Source: Ascidiella aspersa (lineage: Eukaryota). From it: 64,000 bases of DNA. The stretch lies in contig OZ004613.1 in NCBI GenBank assembly GCA_963924565.1, positions 19,902,001 to 19,966,000 of the forward strand, in the 5' to 3' direction. Below the pieces are notes generated by a model. The model had not been told where the DNA came from and searched no databases. It worked only from the letters and a program-made list of their open reading frames with translations. A program made the translations under genes and the position numbers. Positions 24,901 to 39,121 of the stretch are shown piece after piece (the stretch's first letter is position 1; every line of letters begins with the position of its first letter).

Positions 24901-27900
24901 TGTATTGCGTAGGCTAATACCCTTGTAGAAAAGTAAGATTCTTTATTACCATTTATGTACGTAATGAAAGTATAATATAATTACTCGAAAGGATCACCGA
25001 ATTATAATTACATTTGATCTTGACGTAAGCATTTTCTGTCTCTATGTTGTCTCCCATGGCCGCATGGGGCGCTGCAAGTACTCCACATTCCCCAATCCTG
25101 CCATCTAAAACGTTATATAGTCCGGTTACAGTGGCAAACTATATGTATCATCGTTTTTTTTTCAAACTATATGTATCATCGTTTTTTTTTTGTTTTTTTT
25201 GTTACATTTTTTTAGTTTAGCTTAACACATTTAACTTTAAAACATTAGTTGGCCTTAAAACTATTAATTAATGTTGGCATTGCATAAGTACAGAAACTAT
25301 TTAATAAGTGCAATACCAAAGTTTCTAAGAAATTATAATTTCAGAATAAAGTTGTACATAGACCTGCATCTTTAACTTATAATAAACTACAAACGAATCC
25401 TTGGTATACAAATATAAGATTTAAAGGATTGTTGGTTGTTCTATCGCAGCTTATAACCGTACCTTGTTGTATCCCGTACAACGACGTTGTTGCAGCGTCT
25501 CAAACAACGGCGGATTTCTGCAACCGCTAAATAAACACCGTGGTACAGTTTACAACATATGAATGACAAACCATGTTCTCTATTGTTTTAATTGTTTAGT
25601 AAAAATTGCACACAAAAAGAAAATCCGAATAATTTTAAAGTAATAAAAAGAAGTTATTTACAAACCTTCTAAACAGGTTGTTTCCAAACTTCGTCCAATA
25701 CATTGCCTGCTTCTTCTCTGAAAACCAATAGCGCCGCATATAGAAGAGCTGCACCTGGACCATGACCTCCACGACGACACGCTATGAATCTTTAAAAACG
25801 TTTTTGATTGGTAATATTTTAAGAAAATCAGTAGCCCGACGTTTTACTATTTTTGTATTCTGGTTCTAAACGCACCAGTTCGTAACTTAGGTTTTGCAAA
25901 CTCCCAAGGGTTTTCGGAAGGATTTCCAGTGGGTATTTGATGGCGGATAAGATATTCTATGTTGCATGGCATACCACTGATTTGTTAAGAATTTATTGCG
26001 AATAACTATAGTAGTTACCTTTTTACCACTTTTATTTGGTGTGAACTTACTTGATGTATTTTTTTAACTGGGGGCTACTTGAAAAGGTAAAAGTTCAACA
26101 CTGATTTACAAAACAATACTCAAAAAAACTTTATACAACATAAAAACAACTGGTGCAGTCAAAAATAGTTAAGGGTACCGGTATTACCCTTTCCATAAAG
26201 AGAATTTAAAAGCTAAAGGCAAAGTCATAAGTGCGTTAAACTAGCATTTTCTAGGCTTTTTAATATAGGCATGAAAAAATATTAAATATCATTGAAATTA
26301 TTGTTGTAATTTAGAGCTGTTATAATTTGAAAAAAAGTCTTCCACGGACTTCGGACAGCCTTCTCCGAACCCCAAGATTTTATGGTCCAAAGACAATTGT
26401 CTACTTTTGACAATAGCTGCTGTACCCAACCTTACCTACATTAACCTAATTAGAAGCCGAAGGTATTGAACATTCTAAAAACGGCATGAAACCGATTTGA
26501 CTCTTTGCACCGCTTCAGTGGTTATTTAAGAAGTCATTTTATGACACCATGAATATTATTGTAACAAACCCATACCAAATATGTTAAACTGATACAGTAT
26601 CTTTTGTCACGATGTCCAGTTGCGTTACGTGCAAATATTGAAAATCATAATATATTTATCCATTCACCACAATCCCAATAAATTGTTCACCCGAAAAATC
26701 ACTTTTAACTGGACACACGTCTGCCAGGCAGCCATGGATAGCAATGGCGAGTTCCGCATGCTTTATTTGTGGAAACAATTCCGCTTTCGTGTAAGCTTTA
26801 CTTAGCTATGTAATAGCATCGTCCACCAAAAGCAGAGACAAGTTTTTCGACTTATTTGACTCATAACGTTGCACACAACAACAACCTCAAGGTGTTTTAT
26901 GCGACCAGTCTCAACAAACTGATGTAGGTGTGACTATTTATTTAGATTTAAAGAAAGCCGAACTCCCATACCAAAAACCTTGTTGTAGGCCCTACAGTAC
27001 CAAATCTATAAGTTATATGCAAACTCGCAACAGAGGTTTCAAGCGGTGCATGCTGGCTTTTAATGCAATGGATACAAGGTAAATCCGCATTTAATTGGAC
27101 CCGAGTGTACCGGTTCAACAGTGGACGCATTCTTTCATAGTTAGTGTTGTCTGAAGCTTTGCGTTATTCAAAATTCAAGTAAAATAAATGTTCCATAACT
27201 ATATAGGGTTTGGTTGTGCCATCAGTACGATAAGCTTTACCAGTCGTTATTGAATTTTTCCAGTGGTTATTGAATTTTTCGTTTAGATATTTATACTTAA
27301 GTAAAACTGGTAGTCTTTGTGTTCTTAATATTAAAAATAGTTTTAGAAAAGCAAATGAAAGAAGGGCGTGATAACTATAACACTTTGCTAGTGACGTATA
27401 GCACTAGTGCAACTTTGACATCATAATAATCGTAATGACCGGATGAAGACTAGACGTTGCGAATTTCTCAAAGCCGTAACATAGTTCATGTTATGATCAA
27501 ACAGATAAAGGCGTCGTAATGTTTGGTTTAAACATTAGGACAAAGTCCGACCACGGTAATATTACAGCAATGTCGCCAAAGGCAAGAGGCGCGAAGTTTC
27601 GGGGAAGCAACAGATAAGCCCTTTTTTAAATTTGCTGTTGGGCGTTTTAATGTTGGATATTATATGACCTAATCTTAACTGATTAAATCAGCTGGGGTTA
27701 CCGCCCATGACAAATTAAATTCTTTAAATTCGTAAGGTGGAACAAACCATAACGACAGCTTAATTTACTGGCGATCAAATGTTATATGATACACTTAATT
27801 TCTTAAACAATGAAAAGTATTTTAGATGCCCCATATGTACTTCAGCAACACAAGTTTGTGCCAGTTGTAATTGCTATTATATTTGTAAACATCCGCAATT

Positions 27901-30296
27901 GATAAGTCTCGTCCGGTTTTCCGGAGCTATTTTTATGAACCGTTAATCGAAGCTTGATATGGACGTTCCAAACAAAAAAAAAATCGGTTATTTTAACTAT
28001 TCTAACGATTTCTGGCACCATGTTTAGCCTCAGTTAGTATCAACAGAACTAAAAGCTCTTGGTTAGATTAATTTCTAGTAAAACTCTATATTATTATTGA
28101 GCAGAATCAATATTTTCTTACCGTATTGCGTTTCGTTCGCGATCGTTGTTTGATATCTTCCAGAATGAATTTGCCTGAAAAAGTTTTAAATTTTTTGATA
28201 AACAAATGCAGTTTTTCAATTGATTTTAAATCGTAAAATACTTGACGTTTAATTAGAATACCAAATTCAAGTGATACCTAGAAAAATTGTTGTTAATGTA
28301 ATACCACAATTTAATTGCCGGCGAAAGTAGTCATATAGCCTAATCCAGGGGTTCTTAAACTTTTTTTACCGCGGACCCCTAAAATTTTCTTTTAGCTCGC
28401 ATGGACCACTGTAGGCAAAAAAATTCAAATATGTCGTCATAAATTGACGTCACAGTACAAATAAACTTTTTAATTTTGCTGATTTTGGTTCAAAAATGGG
28501 AAAGTGAAATTAAGTCTAAATACACCCAGTGCAAATTAACACGTTTTGTTTTAAATTAAATTGTTTTTTTTAAACAATTAATTACTTCATTAGTATACAC
28601 TAATATTATAATTAGGCTTTCATGGACCCCCTAAAACTAATTCACGGACCCCCAAGGGGTCCATGGACCCCAGTTTAAGAACCCCTGGCCTAATCGCTTA
28701 TAATGTTCTTTACTTAAAAAAATAAATTATTAAGAAAGTATAAGCATTCAGAACTTATATATTAAAGATGCATGGCTTTTTGCAAGCATGCCCCAATTTT
28801 TTATTAGGTGACGCTTTGAAACAAATAAATTAAATTTGTAAGTAGTAAATTTGTTTAAAATAGACCCTGCTCTATGCCAATTGTCGATAAAAGAACAACA
28901 AGTGGAGTGGGCTAAATTAATATCGACTTCTCTAGAGTTTAGCAAACAAGTCGTTTAAAAAGCTAAAGTTTATTTGCATTTTTTTTAGATTTTTTGCTGA
29001 ACTTTTTTGAGTCTTTTGTCGCATGTATTTAACATAAAGTTTATTGCACATACAAATTGGTTTGGACATGGCCTTATGAGTTTCCTTGTTGATTTTACCT
29101 ATAGGATTAATAATATCACACTTTGTCTCGTTTGGTACCCAAAACCGTTTATCGAAAAAAGCAAAACGAAAGTTGAACCACCATTTTTAATAGCCTACCT
29201 AATATTTACAAAATTATCAGGCTTTGAAAAATTGTTCGCACGTGATAAACAAAACCCTATTCTACTACCTTGAGCAAGTTGCGTGAGAACGGTGCTTATT
29301 AGGCGAGTTTTTAAAAACATTAAGTCGCTTTCGCCAGCGAAAATTCCCAAACTATGTATTTCAGATATAACCACAAACCAAGAGCACATACTTGCCCGAA
29401 GGAATTAAATTCAAGCTTCGGCATTACACGTTTGAAATGTAGCAAAAAAATGGCTCTGTGGCTTTAAAATTGGTTTAACCTTTCACGATGCCGAAAGGAA
29501 AATTTGACCAAACTCAGCGAAGTTACAATCATTTTCGAAAGCACTATTTTAGTATAATAAATACAACATATGCAACCATATAACATTTTTTGAAAAGCCA
29601 TCTGTGAAGTGAAATTTGTTCTTCGGTAAATGTTGGTGACTAACTATAAATTTACTGAAAAATCGTGGAAAACAACTAAAGACTGTTTTGATATTTCTTC
29701 TTATATTTTCATTTTTTAAAGCAACGTGTTGTGAAGAAATGCATTCCTTTCACATTTAACCCTCAAATTGTGCAATTTGGCTCTTATTCAATGCTGGATT
29801 GGTAAGCGCCGTTGGCTACAGCAAAATGATACTTCGCAAGACCATTACGTGCCTCAATTTGAATCATATTTGTAATTCGAAAGTGTTGCTAACATATTTG
29901 ACAGTATAGTTTGTTGAACTTTTGCTTTTGTCATAAAAACAAAATTGAAAAACTAAGACATCTAAAATGTTTAGCAGTCCAACAAAAATATTTAGGTATT
30001 TTGCGTTGTACTTTAAAAGCTTCAACATTTTCTTAATAATTAGGTGTTTTCCATGTTATATAGAATTTTTTTTCTAATAAAGGCCACATTACAAAATTAC
30101 CTCGGGCTGTTCTAAACACTTCGATTTTTTCCAAGGCGAATAAGTTTCTTTCTTCGTCCTGTAGCTTGGCCATAAACGTCGTTGTGTCCATCGAAAGTTT
30201 ATTTCCAACAATGCTAAGGGTGGCCGGTGATGCCCCATGTGAAAATTTCGAGCAACATAATATGGATCCCAACACCAACAAGGCTAACATTTTCAT
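18987..30296 (-). CDS. Secreted mosaic trypsin-like serine protease with 7 thrombospondin type-1 repeats
   Basis: Protease exons 22938-22784 (K|IIGGQ), 21236-21094 (TAGHC), 20392-20250, 20151-20023 (DIAL), 19513-19362 (DTCK), 19166-18987 (GDSGG): intact triad and S1 Asp. Seven WxxWxxCSxxC repeats in phase-consistent exons 25789-23209. Linkage to the signal-peptide exon at 30296-30101 through exons near 29500, 27100, 26800, 26080 and 25940 is tentative. Confidence 0.8.
20774..21053. mobile_element. Family E MITE copy
   Basis: CAGTGTT...AACACTG with TSD ATATTTCC/ATATTTTC; gacttgacttg motifs. Confidence 0.75.
21851..22783. mobile_element. Degenerate MITE remnants with ATGGGACA-containing termini (Tc1/pogo-like)
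   Basis: atgggacagga near 21875 is inverted to tcctgtcccat near 22533; gtgtcccatcatgggcaaccttccccta at 22755-22782 abuts a splice donor. Confidence 0.5.
28346..28687. mobile_element. hAT-type MITE, family A copy 2
   Basis: Perfect 15-bp TIR and perfect TSD GCCTAATC. Confidence 0.92.
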
Positions 30297-30827
30297 TACA
30301 CTTGTTGTTTTTTTAAACTAGGATTTGTGTTTTTAACAATCAATGATAGACCTTCTCGCCGCCGTCTGTAAAAGTAAAACGAATTCCTCAAAATTTTTCT
30401 CTAAACATATTTTATAAGAAAGACTACACGTAATATTTGCTTTGACTGTAGAAGATTAAGGAAGTCCAGGCTTCTTAAACTGGTGCGCAACCCACCGCAA
30501 AATTTATGCGGGACGAATAAGCGTGATGTAAATGTTTTTCTTTCGCAAAAGTCGAAGTAAAGTTGTCTTGGCTGTCCACATCGCTCTGTTTATAATACAT
30601 AAAGGCGCGGCGCAGTCATAAAATGAATTAGCCAATATTTAATGTATAAGTTTAATTTATTGCAAAAATTACCTCGGTTTATTATGTATATGGCGGAATA
30701 CGCTATCACGAATCAATATGTTCCATTTTGTTTCAAAATGATATGCGACATATAAATTCAGTACTGATTTCAGTACAACATTTTTATTTTTTTCGAAATG
30801 AAATTCAAGTGGCCTATAATCGATCAT

Positions 30828-33800
30828 TTAAATTTTCACGTGGATAAATCCTGGCAAGACTCTTCTCAATTTTCCTCTTAGGAATGACTTCTCGAGGACC
30901 TTGAGCCATTTATATAGCCTCGGCACAGAATTCAATTTTCTAGCTAGACTATACCGCAGAAATTTACCGATAAGCAGGTCGAAAAGCGTTTTTAATCCCG
31001 TGCAAAGAAGGTGGCCAAACGGCGCAACTAAACAGACTGGATATTTGGATCTTATGATGTTGTGCGAGCAGACAACTTTTGCATGTATATTTACGGTTAG
31101 GTGGCGAGTACGTGTAAAATCTACGAGGTATTGCAACGCGCGGATTATGGGGTTTGAACCTAAACTAACCTTTGCTTACAGATTAGAGTTACGAAATCTT
31201 AGTATAGATTCCAAACTTTTTAATTTTGCTTAATCGTTTACCGAACAGCAAATTTCTTAAATTTATTCTTAAAGTTAAAAAAATAGCACAATAAACCTGT
31301 TTTTTATCCATAAAAATAAAAAAATTAATAATCTATTTATTTATTTAAAGTTATCAGTACATTGAACATTTTTTAAACAATTTATAAACACATTTTTAAG
31401 AATTTATTACAACATTTTGGCCGCTGTAATGCCTATTGGGCGTGGTAAATTTATCTTCTGTGAAAAGCACGTAAGCCTGATTGACACGATAAACAGTTCT
31501 TGTTCTCAATTTGACCGGTGATTAGCGAATACTTTGTAACCAAAATTAGCTACTGCAGACATAAGTTGTCATGTGGGAATTATTTTGGCTGAAAGCCGCT
31601 TTGCGTTTATAATCTTGAATTAAAGTAGGTGGTTAGCAATTATCTGTCAACGCAACGGCTCAAGACAATCTTAATACGCAAAGTGTTACCTGCCAATATA
31701 GCAAGCAATTATTAAAATAAATGATACGTGGCATAAATTATACGTTGAACTAGTTAAAAATGATTACCATTCAAATAAAGATGAAAACCTTACTTGAAAG
31801 GTTTATATTTGATGATATCGTAATTTAGTATATAAAAATGATTTGCGTTGGTTAACGATTTGTAAAGAACAGAGAACAAGGGGGCTTGGGTGCATCCCAA
31901 TGAGTTCTTCGTAATCTAAAGTTTATGTTTTACGCGCAACAGGGTCTACAACTCGCAAATCTTTGGTAGTCTCTAAATATAGCCTATTAGTGTAACATTA
32001 CGTCTACTTTAAATAAACATTTTGTTACCGACGTTAGCAACACTCCCATTTAGCGAATAGAGATTAGGATAACGATAAAATACTCACACGATAAAATGAC
32101 TACAAAGCATAGCTCCCTTAAATGTGTTTAAGTTTATTTACCTGGCCTTTCAGACATCGCCTTGGTGTGCGCCCTGCTGCTACTACCACAACAACCCAAA
32201 AACTAGTGTTGTACCGTAAATCTTTACAGACTTGCGACCGTTTGAGATAATTTTTATTTGATTTTGCCTTTGATCATTGCGATAACCTTGACTATACCTT
32301 CTTCTTGTATATTGCCATAACGAGTTTTTCCCACTAAAGCCGCCAATTAATATCGGATCTCTTGCATCACCACATATGACATATTTAATCCTTGCCTTGT
32401 CTAAACAGATTTTAAAAGCGCAAAGATTGGCCAACGCCCTGAAGAGAATCCCCATAATACGACAGCATAATTCTCCTGCATATAGTTTTGCGGTAAGTTT
32501 TTATGTTTTAGCCAGCGGTGGCAATAAAACTTAGTTAAAGTCAGATTTTATTAATATTAATGAAATAACATAATGTTGCAGTATTATAACTTTTATAACC
32601 GTAATTTTATAAAGCAGTTTATCAAATCACGTGGCAATCCTGAACTCTCGAAGCTGTAATGAAATAAAGAAATAAATAATTGAAAAACGAAAGCTTTACG
32701 TGGTGTCTGCTCGCTCTGCGCTTTATGTTTAACTTGCAAGTAAAAGTGAATGCGAGAAAAAATGAGTAAAATACGCTCGATGAAAGAAAGATAAATAAAA
32801 ACTAGAAACTCGCGCAAACAAATATCAGATTCGTATAAAGTTGGTTTCTCTATTTCGTGAGATTTAACTAACAAGTCATATTTCAGAAAAAGAAAAGCAA
32901 TACAAAGCTCAGAACACTTTTACTTGTTCATATAGCCGTATTTAAAATGGGGTTTCATGGTATTACTATTTAATCGTTTGTACACAACCTACTATAACTC
33001 TACATTAATTTCGGTTTCATAACTTGCAAAGGAACTCTTTCGGTTCTTTGGGAAGAAAGGAAACTCGCATACGCATATGTTTAGATATTTGTTAAATGTT
33101 CCACTTAACCCAGGGGTTCGCGCTTTGCAACCTGCCGTCTCAAGCCAAATGCGGCCCGCAAAGCGAAAATATAGGCCAGTGACATGTCACTTTAAATACG
33201 TGGTGCTTTACCACTAAAACTATTGTTGATATTACCTTGCACGTGCTTATGTTTAATATAGTCTATACTTATTTACGCATTGCGTCCATTTTTCTTTTTG
33301 GTGTAGGGAGAAAATTTTCGCGGAAGGTATAAGTACCGTTACTTTAATCATTGTCAAAATAGTACCTTGCGGAACTAAATGCACGGAATATTTTTTTAAT
33401 CAAACCAAAACATGTTTCTCATATCGCCTAACATTCGTTTTTGTTCGACATGTATGGATAACAGCCTTTTTTAATTTAACAGGAAGATCGAAAGCCAAAC
33501 GTATAAGACAAGTGCCAGCAAGAATTAAAGAAGAGTACATGTATATAGCATTTCTTATATGTGCTTTAATAACATAATTGCTCCCCATTTATGAAAAGTC
33601 TTTAGAAGCATAAAATAGAAGTTAACTTGCTCAAGTTTATAATGCATGACTATACCTAAACTACCCTTTGCCATTTTTGTATATCACCACATTTAAAGAA
33701 ACAGTAACAGCGAAACCGTGTTTAGCCTATACATGGTAATTACAGTTTACAAATTTATGTATACAAGCACTGTCCCTATGTCAACGGGTGTCTGTTGGGC

Positions 33801-35809
33801 GAAGACGCACGTGGTAGTTACCTGCAATCAAGCGTTCTTAATGATTGCAAAACGGTTATCATTGCAATTAAGTTTATTTTATTAATCCTTAAGTTTAACG
33901 TTTTTAGGAAGCAATAACTCACAGCGTACCGTTCAAGACGATTTGTATAGGGTCATGGAAGTTTACGAAAAAAAATAATTTATCAAGTCATACAACCAGT
34001 AGGGCATGTTTGCCTGTCTCTTTTAGGTGTATTTACCAAACATAAAAATTCTCAGAAGCATTCAGACCGTCGATGTTAAGCTAAGCGCGATATGCTGGTG
34101 TGCAAAAAAATCAAACCCAGATGGTGGACGTCGTAAGTTACTTACTGGCCTCTGTTTACAGCTCAGAAGATTATAATCAGGCCATAAGCCTTTGCAAATA
34201 ATTCTTAGAAACGACCCACACAAAGTGTTCAGTGTCAACTGCTATATTTCTTCTTGTTTTGCGCCGGATTCCTCGGAGGATTAAGTGTTCAGCGATCGAC
34301 CGAACAACAGCATCGGCCAAAGGGCATTCGTCGGTGACGTACATATATATTATAGCTACAAAAACGGACTCTTTTCCAGTCAGTTCGAACATATAACGTG
34401 GGCAGCGTGTGTTAAATTTGCCACGCAACTTTCACAATGGCAAGGAATAGTGCTGAGGCTCATCCAGAACGGCGACCGGCCTCCCAATTATAAGTTCAGT
34501 GGAACTTTTCAGCAATTGCATAAAGTAGGCGAGTTTTTATCACATAGGAAATCGAAAAATATACTTTTTTTTTAATTTTGACAATATGTGGCTTCATGTT
34601 TTGACCATTAAATTCTGCTAATCTCCGTGAATAACAACTCACATGCAAGCTTTTGCATGTTTTTGAAAAATAATATATACGAACAACGAAACACCTGCAC
34701 TTTAAAATTACTACAAACATATAAATGTTTATATTCATTCTTATGCATCTAATCAATAGGCATTTAGGCGCGATTTCATGTAGTAAACAATGTGTGGGTC
34801 TGCGAAAATACTGTGTATAGTCGAAGTATTGATTTTAAAACGGAGAATTATCGATCCACAGATGCAGAAATATGCTGGCGTTAAATAAATAGCCTGAAAA
34901 CTAGCAATGTAGACATGAAACTAGCAATGTAGCCTAATCCTTATCTAAATCCTAAAGAAATTGCGTTTCGCGACCTGCAATATATAAAACATATTTTTTA
35001 CTTCGCTATAATTAGGCTTAGCTCATTGATTACACGATATTTTCAAGGGCCTACAAAGCACAATATCTAAATTACAATAATCATTATAAAAGCTAAATTC
35101 GCAGTAATAACAACGACAGAATAATATAAAATCGTCTTAATTAGACCTAAGCATGTCGGAATAAGTGCTAAATTATTCAGAATAATCCCTAAGTTATAAC
35201 GCCAATGTTTAGTCTTATTAAGGCCTTATTCTGAACTGTGTTTTATTTTGACGCTGATGTTGTTCTAACTTCGGTCTTAAGGCTTGAGTCTCTTTCAAGA
35301 AATGTAACTTTGAAGCCTATGTAACAAATAATTGCAAGCAATTTAAAAGAAATATACCCAAAAATGTTTACGCTTGCTTCGCTCGTCAGGTTCACCGCTA
35401 CGTTTTTAAATGTCTCTATTTTTTCGCTGAAGTAAAAAGGTTAACAAACACTGGGTTAAATTATGCGGTATACGTCTATGCGTGATCTTTGGTATAAAAA
35501 AAATCAATTCATAAATATTGTTTTAACGTTTAGTATTTGCTGCGAAAAACTTATGAAGATGTTTTTAAAGAGTCATGAAGATGTTTTTAAAGAGTCTTTC
35601 AAGTTTGAATTGTGACTCATCCGCGAGTCCTTTTCGAATCCTCTTTCGGATGTGGCAAGCATGCAAACCAACTTTGCGTTATCGACAAAATCGAAAATTG
35701 TAAATGTTGATATTCCCAAAAACCTCGAACCAGTCAAATATGTGGTCCCAACTTCACAGAACACCTTGGAGCCTAGTAAAACGTATATGATGAAAATTGT
35801 CAAACGCAT
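30828..35809 (-). CDS. Putative uncharacterised secreted protein, exon structure unresolved
   Basis: Signal-peptide-like start MRLTIFIIYVLLGSKVFCEV at 35809; exon-like ORFs with acceptors near 34428, 32438 and 31121, the last running about 97 codons to TAA at 30828. A full in-phase model could not be built. Confidence 0.4.
35553..35596. repeat. 22-bp perfect tandem duplication
   Basis: atgaagatgtttttaaagagtc twice. Confidence 0.85.
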
Positions 35810-37279
35810 TGCGAATATATTGTGACTATAAGTTTATAGGTATAGGACAACACTTGTTGGTTTTGATGGTTATGAATTTGGGACAGTCTCAACTAAATCG
35901 TCAACTCACGCCAGAAGAACATATGGAATTAGACGAGTAACTGTCGACTTCCTTGCTGACGTGCAATGTAATATGCGAAGGGGGGGGGGGGGCAGTTTCT
36001 GTGAAATTTAAAAACAAGCTTAATAGTGAAAATAACGGCCCAAATAGACGTTAAAAGCGACATGCTTTATTTTCAAACGTTTCGGCAATTTCTAATGCCA
36101 TCATCAGTGATGAAAAAAAAGAGTTACGTGATTGTGCCGCAACATTCTATTCTTCTATATCGTCTTCTACTCGATGTCATTGAAAGCGGATGCAAAGCAG
36201 TAGTTCTTAATAGCACTTTAAATTTTTGAGCGTACGAGGAGTAGAGATGACGTCCTTATGACGTGTTGGAAAATAACTTTCGGCTGTATTTTGTTTAATT
36301 TTTTCACCGTTTACTGGTCTATTAGTTTTGCAATACGCCACTTTTATTGAATGTGTTTCACTGATGCCAGAATATAAGAACGACGGCTTGCAAAAACCGT
36401 TCGAGTTTAAGTAATGAAATCGTTGCCCAGGTTTATACTATACAACAAAGTATGTAACCAAAAGCAATTTTTAAAGAAATAAATTAAATTTTTCGTCTTG
36501 TGAGATTCAATTACTACCTTTGCCCAGTTTTTTATATAATGCATCAAAGTATGTAACCACAAAGCAATTTTAAAACCACTCACAAACGTAAAACCTTAAA
36601 GCAAATACGTAATCCCGGTATCATATCACGTCCAACGTAAGCAAAATCTTGTTTGAATCTGAAAATGGATTAAAATTAAAACCAACGCATTGAATGTGAA
36701 ATTTTGCGAACTCTATCTAAATTTTTCGCAGTGACAGAAATCAAGAAGTTCTTAAACATAAAAGTTTTAAGTTGGAAACATTAAAATTTATTTTTATTAA
36801 CGCAATATATTTAATTTTAATTTGATTTTTGTGACGCTACCGATCCTTCTGTTAGTCGACGATGACTCTGCTCTGCCTGCCTCTTTAAGATCCCATGTCA
36901 GCGGCCGAGCCGCGAACAAGTGCACGCGGACAAACTTTCTTATATATATACTACTAGAGTATGTTGCTAACGCCATGGCAACATAAAAAACTCAAACTCT
37001 CCAAAGTATAATTTATTATATAGTTAATGTTGTTATTTAGACTAGAGAAATTTGTGAATCTCTACTAGAAAAAATCTGTGAGATATCCAGAACCGTCAAG
37101 TATCCTTAGAAGTTGAATATTTGCCAAACTAAACTGAATAAACTTGTCGCGGCCGCGCACTTTGATTGGATTTCAGTCGTAAATTTGCGAGTTTGCTTGA
37201 GAACAACAGATATATGTGGGCCTAGTCGTTTTAGGACACAACTTTGTGATGACACTCCAAAAAATATGTATAGAACAAA

Positions 37280-37542
37280 ATGGAAAATACTTTGACCAAA
37301 TTTTGAGTCAAAGCAGGATAAGGTATGACGTAATGCTTAATGCAGCTACTCGCAACAATAAAACTATTTTATGTATTTTTAGGCATCAATTGACCTAGGA
37401 GAATAGATATAGCCTAATATTACTTGACCCACCCCAACCAAACGCAAACCCAAAGAAATAGCTGCACGAAGCATTACGTCATATGTTATCCTGCCTCGGA
37501 TATTCCTTATCCTGCCTAACATTTGGTCAAAGTATTTTCCAT
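37280..37542. mobile_element. Degenerate foldback MITE with family D core
   Basis: atggaaaatactttgaccaaat...atttggtcaaagtattttccat, inner inverted tatgacgtaatgctt, internal tacttgacccacccc. Confidence 0.65.
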
Positions 37543-39121
37543 CCACCCAGGGATTTATGTCTGCTAATTAAAAAGCACATCTCATTGAATCATTAATTTG
37601 CAATCAAAGTTTTATTTTTGACTCTCCTGCAAAAAAGAAAAGTGAGCACATCTGGTGCAGTTAGCTATTAATAGAAAATTTTCCTGACATTCTTCTAAAA
37701 CCAAGCTGGTGTGTACTGTACTGTATATCTTGAACTCAATATTTCGACCTTCTCTAATATTGCGTGTATACCATGTAAGATGTATGCCTTTAATGCAGAA
37801 TAAATTTCCGTGGTAACAAGAAGACGCACCGGGAGATATATGCAGCCTATACCATCTATGTTCATTATACTGTAATTATTATCAATACTATCAAATGATA
37901 TTTAGCGAAACAGCTAAAAACAGGTTTATTAAATACAACCAACAGCACACATCAAAATTGTAGGGCAGCCGTTTTCATGAATATACTACTATTTATCTAT
38001 AATAAATGTTTCTTAATTTGCGGCTAAAAACTTTTCCACTATTTTATTTAAGACTGAGTAGTCCAAGATAGGAGACATAATATTTTTTGCGTTTCACGGG
38101 TCACAAAAATGGACAATAAACTCGAAAAAGATGGAAGCTTCCTTAGCCTCCCTGGTATATTTTTAGGATTTTCTATATATGTTCTGTAGTGTAGTGTACA
38201 CTGTACACGCTACTTTGGGAATCTCCTCAAAATGGTAGGCAAATTAAAAAACTTTTGGGAACAAGTGAATCCAAAAGTGTTAACATGTGACACGTGTGCC
38301 ACAATTAAAGTTTTAATTTTCTACCATTTCGCGAATCTTTTCTGTTTTGTTTACGAAGCAATAGCCAAAGGTTATTCACAGCAAAGCGTAGGCGATTCAC
38401 GTGAACTTACACGATGAAACACCCAAAATCAGCAAAATATTTACAGCCGTAGCAGCATTCTTGGTCGCGATCCAGCACGACCGACCAACAAATAATGAAC
38501 ACTAAAAAAACTTTTGTGTCTACTAGAATACGTAGATGGTTTTCTTACCAGCAGCTAAAATAGGATAAACGCAATCATTGGTAAACATATCAGGCTATAG
38601 TGAACATTTGTAAAGTTAATACCTATGAAATGAGAATTTGGTTCCTAACTTTAATCGCCATCATTGCAGAGCAAATCCAGATAGGATTGGCCCTCCTAAA
38701 ACAATTTAAAAAAAAGTATATTGTTAATTGTGATAGCTACTTGTATCTATCCATACATAAACTATATAATGTAATTTTCACCAGATTTGTGTCAAAAAAT
38801 GTGGTTGTTGAAATTGTTAGCGTGACAAATCCAAAGGGAAAAAGTGTAAGTGTATATGAAAAACAGTTGAAAATACAAAGAAAGTTGAAAGCTATGGAAG
38901 TAAAAAAAATATTTGCGAAGTAAGTTATGCCATTAACAGGCAAATTTACATTACATGAAGAAGATAATTTTTTTCATAAATTAAGTATATTTAGTATTAG
39001 TTGTAATTTAACGCGCAGCCTTTCCACTTGACTAAACAAATTAAATTTACCAACAAAATCTTACGATTTAAAAAAAAGATTATCAGCAGCAAGCATTTGA
39101 AAAGGCAAAGCGCTCAAAAAT

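Noticed and set aside
35980-35992. G13 homopolymer as a G-quadruplex element
   Set aside because: Single short run with no supporting context; homopolymer length is unreliable.
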